From Eledone cirrhosa (taxonomy: Eukaryota): DNA of 64,000 nt. Location of the stretch: positions 279,744,001 to 279,808,000 of the forward strand of contig OZ024740.1 of NCBI GenBank assembly GCA_964016885.1, read 5' to 3'. This document shows, in pieces, positions 8,961 through 22,850 of the stretch (its first letter is position 1; each line of letters opens with the position of its first letter). The notes beneath the pieces are model-generated. The model was not told the origin of the DNA and ran no database searches. It saw only the letters and a program-made list of their open reading frames with translations. The position numbers and the translations under genes are program-made.

Positions 8961-11900
8961 GGATCGATCTGTAATTACTGGTCCATATGCAGACACACGT
9001 TTGCTGTGTGTGGTGTGATTTTCAAGAAAAGCTGCCCATGCTAAATGAGGAAGCTGAAGTCCACCAGCGAATGGTGTGCTTCGAAGAAACGAATCACAAA
9101 AATGCGAATTTGCCGGCGGAGTTACCTTTTCGATTGTGGGCCGGCCGCCCGTGGTCGGATCGATCTGTAATTACTGGTATATGTGCAGACATACATTTGC
9201 TGTGTGTGGTGTGATTTTCAAGAAAAACTGCCCATGCTAAATGAGGAAGCTGAAGTCCGGCGGCGAATTGTGTGCTTCGAAGAAAACGAATCACAAAAAT
9301 GACTATTTGCCGGCGGAGTTACATTTTTCTCGATCTTGGGCCGGCCGCCCGTGGTCGGATCGATCTGTAATTACTGGTATATGTGCAGACACTCATTGGC
9401 TGTGTGTGGTGTGATTTTCAAGAAAAGCTTCCCATGCTAAATGAGGAAGCTGAAGTCCACCAGCGAATGGTGTGTTTCGAAGAAACGAATCACAAAAATG
9501 CGAATTTGCCGACGGAGTTACCTTTTCGATCGTGGGCCGGCCGCCCGTGGTAGGATCGATCTGTAATTACTGGTACATGTGCAGACACTCATTGGCTGTG
9601 TGTGGTGTGATTTTCAAGAAAAGCTGCCCATGCTAAATGCGGAAGCTGAAGTCCGGCGGCGAATGGTGTGCTTCGAAGAAAACGAATCACAAAAATGACT
9701 ATTTGCCGGCGGAGTTACCTTTTCGATGGTGGGCCGGCCGCCCGTGGTCGGATCGATCTGTAATTACTGTTCTATGTGCAGACACTCATTGGCTGTGTGT
9801 GGTGTGATTTTCAAGAAAAGCTGCCCATATTAAATGCGGAAGCTGAAGTCCACCAGCGAATGGTGTGCTTCGAAGAAACGAATCACAAAAATGCGAATTT
9901 GCCGGCGGAGTTACCTTTTCGATCGTGGGCCGGCCGCCCGTGGTCGGATCGATCTGTACTTACTGGTATATGTGCAGACACTCATTGGCTGTGTGTGGTG
10001 TCATTTTCAAGAAAAGCTGCCCATGCTAAATGAGGCAGCTGAAGTCCACCAGCGAATGGTGTGCTTCGAAGAAACGAATCACAAAAATGCGAATTTGCCG
10101 GCGGAGTTACCTTATCGATCGTGGGCCGGCCGCCCGTGGTCGGATCGATCTGTACTTACTGGTATATGTGCAGACACGCATTGGCTGTGTGTGGTGTGAT
10201 TTTCAAGAAAGGCTGCCCATGCTAAATGAGGCAGCTGAAGTCCACCAGCGAATGGTGTGCTTCGAAGAAACGAATCACAAAAATGCGAATTTGCCGGCGG
10301 AGTTACCTTTTCGATCGTGGGCCGGCCGCCAATGGTCGGATCGATCTGTAATTACTGGTCCATATGCAGACACACGTTTGCTGTGTGTGGTGTGATTTTC
10401 AAGAAAAGCTGCCCATGCTAAATGAGGAAGCTGAAGTCCACCAGCGAATGGTGTGCTTCGAAGAAACGAATCACAAAAATGCGAATTTGCCGGCGGAGTT
10501 ACCTTTTTCTCGATCGTGGGCCGGCGGCCCGTGGTCGCATCGATCTGTACTTACTGGGACTTGTGTAGACACTCATTGGCTATGTGTGGCGTGAATTTCA
10601 GCAAGATATCTCCGTAAAATCAATAGTTGTGGCTGTGTAACCAAACCGTGTTAAACGTCAACAAAGTTGTTGAGCGTAAGTTTGTTTACATTGAACTCGT
10701 GGTGGAATCGATCTGTAATTACTGGTCCATGTGCAGAGACACATTTGCTGTGTGTGGTGTGATTTTCAAGAAAAGCTGCCCATGCTAAATGAGAAAGCTG
10801 AAGTCCACCAGCGAATGGTGTGCTTCGAAGAAACGAATCACAAAAATGCGAATTTGCCGGCGGAGTTACCTTTTCGATGGTGGGCCGGCCGCCCGTGGTC
10901 GGATCGATCTGTACTTACTGGTATATGTGCAGACACTCACTGGCTGTGTGTGGTGTGATTTTCAAGAAAAGCTGCCCATGCTAAATGAGGCAGCTGAAGT
11001 CCACCAACGAATGGTGTGCTTCGAAGAAACGAATCACAAAAATGCGAATTTGCCGGCGGAGTTACCTTATCGATCGTGGGCCGGCCGCCCGTGGTCGGAT
11101 CGATCTGTACTTACTGGTATATGTGCAGACACGCATTGGCTGTGTGTGGTGTGATTTTCAAGAAAGGCTGCCCATGCTAAATGAGGCAGCTGAAGTCCAC
11201 CAGCGAATGGTGTGCTTCGAAGAAACGAATCACAAAAATGCGAATTTGCCGGCGGAGTTACCTTTTCGATCGTGGGCCGGCCGCCCGTGGTCGGATCGAT
11301 CTGTAATTAGTGGTACCTGTGCAGACCTACATTTGCTGTGTGTGGTGTGATTTTCAAGAAAAGCTGCCCATGCTAAATGAGGAAGCTGAAGTCCGGCGGC
11401 GAATGGTGTGCTTCGAAGAAAACGAATCACAAAAATGCGAATTTGCCGGCGGAGTTACCTTTTCGATCGTGGGCTGGCCGCCCGTGGTCGGATCGATCTG
11501 TACTTACTGGTATATGTGCAGACACTCATTGGCTGTGTGTGGTGTCATTTTCAAGAAAAGCTGCCCATGCTAAATGACGAAGCTGAAGTCCACCATCGAA
11601 TGGTGTGCTTCGAAGAAACGAATCACAAAAATGCGAATTTGTCGGCGGAGTTACATTTTTCTCGATCGTGGGCCGGCCGCCCGTGGTCGGATCGATCTGT
11701 ACTTACTGGGACTTGTGCAGACATTCATTGGCTATGTGTGGCGTGAATTTCAGCAAGATATCTCCGTAAAATCAATAGTTGTGGCTGTGTAACCAAACCG
11801 TGTTAAACGTCAACAAAGTTGTTGAGCGTAAGTTTGTTTACATTGAACTCGTGGTGGGATCGATCTGTAATTACTGGTACATGTGCAGAAACACATTGGT

Positions 11901-14900
11901 TGTGTGTGGTGTGATTTTCAAAAAGAACTGCCCATGCTAAATGAGGCAACTGATGTCCGGCGGCGAATGGTGTGCTTCGAAGAAAACGAATCACAAAAAT
12001 GACGATTTGCCGGCGGAGTTACCTTTTCGATCGTGGGCCGGCCGTCCGTGGTCGGATCGATCTGTAGTTACTGGTATATGTGCAGACACTCATTGGCTGT
12101 GTGTGGTGTGACTTTCAAGAAAAGCTGCCCATGCTAAATGCGGAAGCTGAAGTCCACCAGCGAATGGTGTGCTTCGAAGAAACGAATCACAAAAATGCGA
12201 ATTTGCCGGCGGAGTTACCTTTTCGATCGTGGGCCGGCCGCCCTTGGTCGGATCGATCTGTAGTTACTGGTATATGTGCAGACACTCATTGGCTGTGTGT
12301 GGTGTGACTTTCAAGAAAAGCTGCCCATGCTAAATGAGGAAGCTGAAGTCCGGCGGTGAATGGTGTGCTTCGAAGAAACGAATCACAAAAATGCGAATTT
12401 GCCTGCGGAGTTATTTTTTCGATCGTGGGCCGGCCGCCCGTGGTCGGATCGATCTGTAATTACTGGTATATGTGCAGACCATCATTGGCTGTGTGTGGTG
12501 TGATTTTCAAGAAAAGCTGCCCATGCTAAATGAGGAAGCTGAAGTCCACCAGCGAATGGTGTGCTTCGAAGAAACGAATCACAAAAATGCGAATTTGCCG
12601 GCGGAGTTACCTTTTCGATCGTGGGCCGGCCGCCTATGGTCGGATCGATCTGTAATTACTGGTCCATGTGCAGACACACATTTGCTGTGTGTGGTGTGAT
12701 TTTCAAAAAAAGCTGCCCATGCTAAATGCGGAAGCTGAAGTCCACCAGCGAATGGTGTGCTTCGAAGAAACGAATCACAAAAATGCGAATTTGCCGGCGG
12801 AGTTACCTTTTTCTCGATCGTGGGCCGGCCGCCCGTGGTCGCATCGATCTGTACTTACTGGGACTTGTGTAGACACTCATTGGCTATGTGTGGCGTGAAT
12901 TTCAGCAAGATATCTCCGTAAAATCAATAGTTGTGGCTGTGTAACCAAACCGTGTTAAACGTCAACAAAGTTGTTGAGCGTAAGTTTGTTTACATTGAAC
13001 TCGTGGTGGAATCGATCTGTAATTACTGGTACATGTGCAGACACACATTGGTCGTGTGTGGTGTGATTTTCAAAAAAAACTGCCCATGCTAAATTAGGCA
13101 GCTGAAGTCTACCAGCGAATGGTGTGCTTCGAAGAAAACGAATCACAAAAATGACGATTTGCCGGCGGAGTTACATTTTCGATCGTGGGCCGGCCGTCCG
13201 TGGTCGGATCGATCTGTAATTACTGGTACCTATGCAGACATAGATTTACTGTGTGTGGTGTGATTTTCAAGAAAAGCTGCCCATGATAAATGAGGAAGCT
13301 GAAGTCCGGCGGCGAATGGTGTGCTTCGAAGAAAACGAATCACAAAAATGACTATTTGCCGGCGGAGTTACCTTTTCGATCGTGGGCCGGCCACCCGTGG
13401 TCGGATCGATCTGTAATTACTGGTCCATATGCAGACACACGTTTGCTGTGTGTGGTGTGATTTTCAAGAAAAGCTGCCCATGCTAAATGAGGAAGCTGAA
13501 GTCCACCAGCGAATGGTGTGCTTCGAAGAAACGAATCACAAAAATGCGAATTTGCCGGCGGAGTTACCTTTTCGATCGTCGGCCGGCCGCCTATGGTCGG
13601 ATCGATCTGTAATTACTGGTCCATATGCAGACACACGTTTGCTGTGTGTGGTGTGATTTTCAAGAAAAGCTGCCCATGCTAAATGAGGAAGCTGAAGTCC
13701 ACCAGCGAATGGTGTGCTTCGAAGAAACGAATCATAAAAATGCGAATTTGCCGGCGGAGTTACCTTTTCGATTGTGGGCCGGCCGCCCGTGGTCGGATCG
13801 ATCTGTAATTACTGGTATATGTGCAGACATACATTTGCTGTGTGTGGTGTGATTTTCAAGAAAGACTGCCCATGCTAAATGAGGAAGCTGAAGTCCGGCG
13901 GCGAATTGTGTGCTTCGAAGAAAACGAATCACAAAAATGACTATTTGCCGGCGGAGTTACATTTTTCTCGATCTTGGGCCGGCCGCCCGTGGTCGGATCG
14001 ATCTGTAATTACTGGTATATGTGCAGACACTCATTGGCTGTGTGTGGTGTGATTTTCAAGAAAAGCTTCCCATGCTAAATGAGGAAGCTGAAGTCCACCA
14101 GCGAATGGTGTGCTTCGAAGAAACGAATCACAAAAATGCGAATTTGCCGACGGAGTTACCTTTTCGATCGTGGGCCGGCCGCCCGTGGTAGGATCGATCT
14201 GTAATTACTGGTACATGTGCAGACACTCATTGGCTGTGTGTGGTGTGATTTTCAAGAAAAGCTGCCCATGCTAAATGCGGAAGCTGAAGTCCGGCGGCGA
14301 ATGGTGTGCTTCGAAGAAAACGAATCACAAAAATGACTATTTGCCGGCGGAGTTACCTTTTCGATGGTGGGCCGGCCGCCCGTGGTCGGATCGATCTGTA
14401 ATTACTGTTCTATGTGCAGACACTCATTGGCTGTGTGTGGTGTGATTTTCAAGAAAAGCTGCCCATGCTAAATGCGGAAGCTGAAGTCCACCAGCGAATG
14501 GTGTGCTTCGAAGAAACGAATCACAAAAATGCGAATTTGCCGGCGGAGTTACCTTTTCGATCGTGGGCCGGCCGCCCGTGGTCGGATCGATCTGTACTTA
14601 CTGGTATATGTGCAGACACTCATTGGCTGTGTGTGGTGTGATTTTCAAGAAAAGCCGCCCATGCTAAATGAGGCAGCTGAAGTCCACCAGCGAATGGTGT
14701 GCTTCGAAGAAACGAATCACAAAAATGCGAATTTGCCGGCGGAGTTACCTTTTCGATCGTGGGCCGGCCGCCTATGGTCGGATCGATCTGTAATTACTGG
14801 TCCATATGCAGACACACGTTTGCTGTGTGTGGTGTGATTTTCAAGAAAAGCTGCCCATGCTAAATGAGGAAGCTGAAGTCCACCAGCGAAGGGTTGCTTC

Positions 14901-16089
14901 GAAGAAACGAATCACAAAAATGCGAATTTGCCGGCGGAGTTACCTTTTCGATGGTGGGCCGGCCGCCCGTGGTCGGATCGATCTGTACTTACTGGTATAT
15001 GTGCAGACACTCATTGGCTGTGTGTGGTGTGATTTTCAAGAAAAGCTGCCCATGCTAAATGAGGCAGCTGAAGTCCACCAGCGAATGGTGTGCTTCGAAG
15101 AAACGAATCACAAAAATGCGAATTTGCCTGCGGAGTTACCTTTTCGATCGTGGGCCGGCCGCCTATGGTTGGATCGATCTGTAATTACTGGTCCATATGC
15201 AGACACACGTTTTCTGTGTGTGGTGTGATTTTCAAGAAAAGCTGCCCATGCTAAATGAGGCAGCTGAAGTCCACCAGCGAATGGTGTGCTTCGAAGAAAC
15301 GAATCACAAAAATGCGAATTTGCCGGCGGAGTTACCTTTTCGATCGTGGGCCGGCCGCCCGTGGTCGGATCGATCTGTAATTAGTGGTACCTGTGCAGAC
15401 CTACATTTGCTGTGTGTGGTGTGATTTTCAAGAAAAGCTGCCCATGCTAAATGAGGAAGCTGAAGTCCGGCGGCGAATGGTGTGCTTCGAAGAAAACGAA
15501 TCACAAAAATGCGAATTTGCCGGCGGAGTTACCTTTTCGATCGTGGGCCGGCCGCCCGTGGTCGGATCGATCTGTACTTACTGGTATATGTGCAGACACT
15601 CATTGGCTGTGTGTGGTGTCATTTTCAAGAAAAGCTGCCCATGCTAAATGACGAAGCTGAAGTCCACCATCGAATGGTGTGCTTCGAAGAAACGAATCAC
15701 AAAAATGCGAATTTGTCGGCGGAGTTACATTTTTCTCGATCGTGGGCCGGCCGCCCGTGGTCGGATCGATCTGTACTTACTGGGACTTGTGCAGACATTC
15801 ATTGGCTATGTGTGGCGTGAATTTCAGCAAGATATCTCCGTAAAATCAATAGTTGTGGCTGTGTAACCAAACCGTGTTAAACGTCAACAAAGTTGTTGAG
15901 CGTAAGTTTGTTTACATTGAACTCGTGGTGGGATCGATCTGTAATTACTGGTACATGTGCAGAAACACATTGGTTGTGTGTGGTGTGATTTTCAAAAAGA
16001 ACTGCCCATGCTAAATGAGGCAACTGATGTCCGGCGGCGAATGGTGTGCTTCGAAGAAAACGAATCACAAAAATGACGATTTGCCGGTG

Positions 16090-19000
16090 GAGTTACCTTT
16101 TCGATCGTGGGCCGGCCGCCCGAGGTCGGATCGATCTGTAGTTACTGGTATATGTGCAGACACTCATTGGCTGTGTGTGGTGTGACTTTCAAGAAAAGCT
16201 GCCCATGTTAAATGAGGAAGCTGAAGTCCGGCGGTGAATGGTGTGCTTCGAAGAAACGAATCACAAAAATGCGAATTTGCCTGCGGAGTTATCTTTTCGA
16301 TCGTGGGCCGGCCGCCCGTGGTCGGATCGATCTGTAATTACTGGTATATGTGCAGACCATCATTGGCTGTGTGTGGTGTGATTTTCAAGAAAAGCTGCCC
16401 ATGCTAAATGAGGAAGCTGAAGTCCACCAACGAATGGTGTGCTTCGAAGAAACGAATCACAAAAATGCGAATTTGCCGGCGGAGTTACCTTTTCGATCGT
16501 CGGCCGGCCGCCTATGGTCGGATCGATCTGTAATTACTGGTCCATATGCAGACACACGTTTGCTGTGTGTGGTGTGATTTTCAAGAAAAGCTGCCCATGC
16601 TAAATGAGGAAGCTGAAGTCCACCAGCGAATGGTGTGCTTCGAAGAAACGAATCATAAAAATGCGAATTTGCCGGCGGAGTTACCTTTTCGATTGTGGGC
16701 CGGCCGCCCGTGGTCGGATCGATCTGTAATTACTGGTATATGTGCAGACATACATTTGCTGTGTGTGGTGTGATTTTCAAGAAAGACTGCCCATGCTAAA
16801 TGAGGAAGCTGAAGTCCGGCGGCGAATTGTGTGCTTCGAAGAAAACGAATCACAAAAATGACTATTTGCCGGCGGAGTTACATTTTTCTCGATCTTGGGC
16901 CGGCCGCCCGTGGTCGGATCGATCTGTAATTACTGGTATATGTGCAGACACTCATTGGCTGTGTGTGGTGTGATTTTCAAGAAAAGCTTCCCATGCTAAA
17001 TGAGGAAGCTGAAGTCCACCAGCGAATGGTGTGCTTCGAAGAAACGAATCACAAAAATGCGAATTTGCCGACGGAGTTACCTTTTCGATCGTGGGCCGGC
17101 CGCCCGTGGTAGGATCGATCTGTAATTACTGGTACATGTGCAGACACTCATTGGCTGTGTGTGGTGTGATTTTCAAGAAAAGCTGCCCATGCTAAATGCG
17201 GAAGCTGAAGTCCGGCGGCGAATGGTGTGCTTCGAAGAAAACGAATCACAAAAATGACTATTTGCCGGCGGAGTTACATTTTTCTCGATCTTGGGCCGGC
17301 CGCCCGTGGTCGGATCGATCTGTAATTACTGGTATATGTGCAGACACTCATTGGCTGTGTGTGGTGTGATTTTCAAGAAAAGCTTCCCATGCTAAATGAG
17401 GAAGCTGAAGTCCACCAGCGAATGGTGTGCTTCGAAGAAACGAATCACAAAAATGCGAATTTGCCGACGGAGTTACCTTTTCGATCGTGGGCCGGCCGCC
17501 CGTGGTAGGATCGATCTGTAATTACTGGTACATGTGCAGACACTCATTGGCTGTGTGTGGTGTGATTTTCAAGAAAAGCTGCCCATGCTAAATGCGGAAG
17601 CTGAAGTCCGGCGGCGAATGGTGTGCTTCGAAGAAAACGAATCACAAAAATGACTATTTGCCGGCGGAGTTACCTTTTCGATGGTGGGCCGGCCGCCCGT
17701 GGTCGGATCGATCTGTAATTACTGTTCTATGTGCAGACACTCATTGGCTGTGTGTGGTGTGATTTTCAAGAAAAGCTGCCCATGCTAAATGCGGAAGCTG
17801 AAGTCCACCAGCGAATGGTGTGCTTCGAAGAAACGAATCACAAAAATGCGAATTTGCCGGCGGAGTTACCTTTTCGATCGTGGGCCGGCCGCCCGTGGTC
17901 GGATCGATCTGTACTTACTGGTATATGTGCAGACACTCATTGGCTGTGTGTGGTGTGATTTTCAAGAAAAGCCGCCCATGCTAAATGAGGCAGCTGAAGT
18001 CCACCAGCGAATGGTGTGCTTCGAAGAAACGAATCACAAAAATGCGAATTTGCCGGCGGAGTTACCTTTTCGATCGTGGGCCGGCCGCCTATGGTCGGAT
18101 CGATCTGTAATTACTGGTCCATATGCAGACACACGTTTGCTGTGTGTGGTGTGATTTTCAAGAAAAGCTGCCCATGCTAAATGAGGAAGCTGAAGTCCAC
18201 CAGCGAATGGTGTGCTTCGAAGAAACGAATCACAAAAATGCGAATTTGCCGGCGGAGTTACCTTTTCGATGGTGGGCCGGCCGCCCGTGGTCGGATCGAT
18301 CTGTACTTACTGTTATATGTGCAGACACTCATTGGCTGTGTGTGGTGTGATTTTCAAGAAAAGCTGCCCATGCTAAATGAGGCAGCTGAAGTCCACCAGC
18401 GAATGGTGTGCTTCGAAGAAACGAATCACAAAAATGCGAATTTGCCGGCGGAGTTACCTTTTCGATCGTGGGCCGGCCGCCCGTGGTCGGATCGATCTGT
18501 ACTTACTGGTATATGTGCAGACACTCATTGGCTGTGTGTGGTGTCATTTTCAAGAAAAGCTGCCCATGCTAAATGACGAAGCTGAAGTCCACCATCGAAT
18601 GGTGTGCTTCGAAGAAACGAATCACAAAAATGCGAATTTGTCGGCGGAGTTACATTTTTCTCGATCGTGGGCCGGCCGCCCGTGGTCGGATCGATCTGTA
18701 CTTACTGGAACTTGTGCAGACATTCATTGGCTATGTGTGGCGTGAATTTCAGCAAGATATCTCCGTAAAATCAATAGTTGTGGCTGTGTAACCAAACCGT
18801 GTTAAACGTCAACAAAGTTGTTGAGCGTAAGTTTGTTTACATTGAACTCGTGGTGGGATCGATCTGTAATTACTGATACATGTGCAGAAACACATTGGTT
18901 GTGTGTGGTGTGATTTTCAAAAAGAACTGCCCATGCTAAATGAGGCAACTGATGTCCGGCGGCGAATGGTGTGCTTCGAAGAAAACGAATCACAAAAATG

Positions 19001-22000
19001 ACGATTTGCCGGCGGAGTTACCTTTTCGATCGTGGGCCGGCCGCCCGAGGTCGGATCGATCTGTAGTTACTGGTATATGTGCAGACACTCATTGGCTGTG
19101 TGTGGTGTGACTTTCAAGAAAAGCTGCCCATGTTAAATGAGGAAGCTGAAGTCCGGCGGTGAATGGTGTGCTTCGAAGAAACGAATCACAAAAATGCGAA
19201 TTTGCCTGCGGAGTTATCTTTTCGATCGTGGGCCGGCCGCCCGTGGTCGGATCGATCTGTAATTACTGGTATATGTGCAGACCATCATTGGCTGTGTGTG
19301 GTGTGATTTTCAAGAAAAGCTGCCCATGCTAAATGAGGAAGCTGAAGTCCACCAACGAATGGTGTGCTTCGAAGAAACGAATCACAAAAATGCGAATTTG
19401 CCGGCGGAGTTACCTTTTCGATCGTCGGCCGGCCGCCTATGGTCGGATCGATCTGTAATTACTGGTCCATATGCAGACACACGTTTGCTGTGTGTGGTGT
19501 GATTTTCAAGAAAAGCTGCCCATGCTAAATGAGGAAGCTGAAGTCCACCAGCGAATGGTGTGCTTCGAAGAAACGAATCATAAAAATGCGAATTTGCCGG
19601 CGGAGTTACCTTTTCGATTGTGGGCCGGCCGCCCGTGGTCGGATCGATCTGTAATTACTGGTATATGTGCAGACATACATTTGCTGTGTGTGGTGTGATT
19701 TTCAAGAAAGACTGCCCATGCTAAATGAGGAAGCTGAAGTCCGGCGGCGAATTGTGTGCTTCGAAGAAAACGAATCACAAAAATGACTATTTGCCGGCGG
19801 AGTTACATTTTTCTCGATCTTGGGCCGGCCGCCCGTGGTCGGATCGATCTGTAATTACTGGTATATGTGCAGACACTCATTGGCTGTGTGTGGTGTGATT
19901 TTCAAGAAAAGCTTCCCATGCTAAATGAGGAAGCTGAAGTCCACCAGCGAATGGTGTGCTTCGAAGAAACGAATCACAAAAATGCGAATTTGCCGACGGA
20001 GTTACCTTTTCGATCGTGGGCCGGCCGCCCGTGGTAGGATCGATCTGTAATTACTGGTACATGTGCAGACACTCATTGGCTGTGTGTGGTGTGATTTTCA
20101 AGAAAAGCTGCCCATGCTAAATGCGGAAGCTGAAGTCCGGCGGCGAATGGTGTGCTTCGAAGAAAACGAATCACAAAAATGACTATTTGCCGGCGGAGTT
20201 ACATTTTTCTCGATCTTGGGCCGGCCGCCCGTGGTCGGATCGATCTGTAATTACTGGTATATGTGCAGACACTCATTGGCTGTGTGTGGTGTGATTTTCA
20301 AGAAAAGCTTCCCATGCTAAATGAGGAAGCTGAAGTCCACCAGCGAATGGTGTGCTTCGAAGAAACGAATCACAAAAATGCGAATTTGCCGACGGAGTTA
20401 CCTTTTCGATCGTGGGCCGGCCGCCCGTGGTAGGATCGATCTGTAATTACTGGTACATGTGCAGACACTCATTGGCTGTGTGTGGTGTGATTTTCAAGAA
20501 AAGCTGCCCATGCTAAATGCGGAAGCTGAAGTCCGGCGGCGAATGGTGTGCTTCGAAGAAAACGAATCACAAAAATGACTATTTGCCGGCGGAGTTACCT
20601 TTTCGATGGTGGGCCGGCCGCCCGTGGTCGGATCGATCTGTAATTACTGTTCTATGTGCAGACACTCATTGGCTGTGTGTGGTGTGATTTTCAAGAAAAG
20701 CTGCCCATGCTAAATGCGGAAGCTGAAGTCCACCAGCGAATGGTGTGCTTCGAAGAAACGAATCACAAAAATGCGAATTTGCCGGCGGAGTTACCTTTTC
20801 GATCGTGGGCCGGCCGCCCGTGGTCGGATCGATCTGTACTTACTGGTATATGTGCAGACACTCATTGGCTGTGTGTGGTGTGATTTTCAAGAAAAGCCGC
20901 CCATGCTAAATGAGGCAGCTGAAGTCCACCAGCGAATGGTGTGCTTCGAAGAAACGAATCACAAAAATGCGAATTTGCCGGCGGAGTTACCTTTTCGATC
21001 GTGGGCCGGCCGCCTATGGTCGGATCGATCTGTAATTACTGGTCCATATGCAGACACACGTTTGCTGTGTGTGGTGTGATTTTCAAGAAAAGCTGCCCAT
21101 GCTAAATGAGGAAGCTGAAGTCCACCAGCGAATGGTGTGCTTCGAAGAAACGAATCACAAAAATGCGAATTTGCCGGCGGAGTTACCTTTTCGATGGTGG
21201 GCCGGCCGCCCGTGGTCGGATCGATCTGTACTTACTGTTATATGTGCAGACACTCATTGGCTGTGTGTGGTGTGATTTTCAAGAAAAGCTGCCCATGCTA
21301 AATGAGGCAGCTGAAGTCCACCAGCGAATGGTGTGCTTCGAAGAAACGAATCACAAAAATGCGAATTTGCCGGCGGAGTTACCTTTTCGATCGTGGGCCG
21401 GCCGCCCGTGGTCGGATCGATCTGTACTTACTGGTATATGTGCAGACACTCATTGGCTGTGTGTGGTGTCATTTTCAAGAAAAGCTGCCCATGCTAAATG
21501 ACGAAGCTGAAGTCCACCATCGAATGGTGTGCTTCGAAGAAACGAATCACAAAAATGCGAATTTGTCGGCGGAGTTACATTTTTCTCGATCGTGGGCCGG
21601 CCGCCCGTGGTCGGATCGATCTGTACTTACTGGAACTTGTGCAGACATTCATTGGCTATGTGTGGCGTGAATTTCAGCAAGATATCTCCGTAAAATCAAT
21701 AGTTGTGGCTGTGTAACCAAACCGTGTTAAACGTCAACAAAGTTGTTGAGCGTAAGTTTGTTTACATTGAACTCGTGGTGGGATCGATCTGTAATTACTG
21801 ATACATGTGCAGAAACACATTGGTTGTGTGTGGTGTGATTTTCAAAAAGAACTGCCCATGCTAAATGAGGCAACTGATGTCCGGCGGCGAATGGTGTGCT
21901 TCGAAGAAAACGAATCACAAAAATGACGATTTGCCGGCGGAGTTACCTTTTCGATCGTGGGCCGGCCGCCCGAGGTCGGATCGATCTGTAGTTACTGGTA

Positions 22001-22850
22001 TATGTGCAGACACTCATTGGCTGTGTGTGGTGTGACTTTCAAGAAAAGCTGCCCATGTTAAATGAGGAAGCTGAAGTCCGGCGGTGAATGGTGTGCTTCG
22101 AAGAAACGAATCACAAAAATGCGAATTTGCCTGCGGAGTTATCTTTTCGATCGTGGGCCGGCCGCCCGTGGTCGGATCGATCTGTAATTACTGGTATATG
22201 TGCAGACCATCATTGGCTGTGTGTGGTGTGATTTTCAAGAAAAGCTGCCCATGCTAAATGAGGAAGCTGAAGTCCACCAACGAATGGTGTGCTTCGAAGA
22301 AACGAATCACAAAAATGCGAATTTGCCGGCGGAGTTACCTTTTCGATCGTCGGCCGGCCGCCTATGGTCGGATCGATCTGTAATTACTGGTCCATATGCA
22401 GACACACGTTTGCTGTGTGTGGTGTGATTTTCAAGAAAAGCTGCCCATGCTAAATGAGGAAGCTGAAGTCCACCAGCGAATGGTGTGCTTCGAAGAAACG
22501 AATCATAAAAATGCGAATTTGCCGGCGGAGTTACCTTTTCGATTGTGGGCCGGCCGCCCGTGGTCGGATCGATCTGTAATTACTGGTATATGTGCAGACA
22601 TACATTTGCTGTGTGTGGTGTGATTTTCAAGAAAGACTGCCCATGCTAAATGAGGAAGCTGAAGTCCGGCGGCGAATTGTGTGCTTCGAAGAAAACGAAT
22701 CACAAAAATGACTATTTGCCGGCGGAGTTACATTTTTCTCGATCTTGGGCCGGCCGCCCGTGGTCGGATCGATCTGTAATTACTGGTATATGTGCAGACA
22801 CTCATTGGCTGTGTGTGGTGTGATTTTCAAGAAAAGCTTCCCATGCTAAA
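16090..22850. repeat. 2925-bp (15-monomer) higher-order repeat, 2 full copies plus a partial third
   Basis: Offsets 16350/19275/22200, 17731/20656 and 18802/21727 are all 2925. Markers TACTGTTATA, TACTGGAACT and TACTGATACA are shared by the two full copies. Confidence 0.9.
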
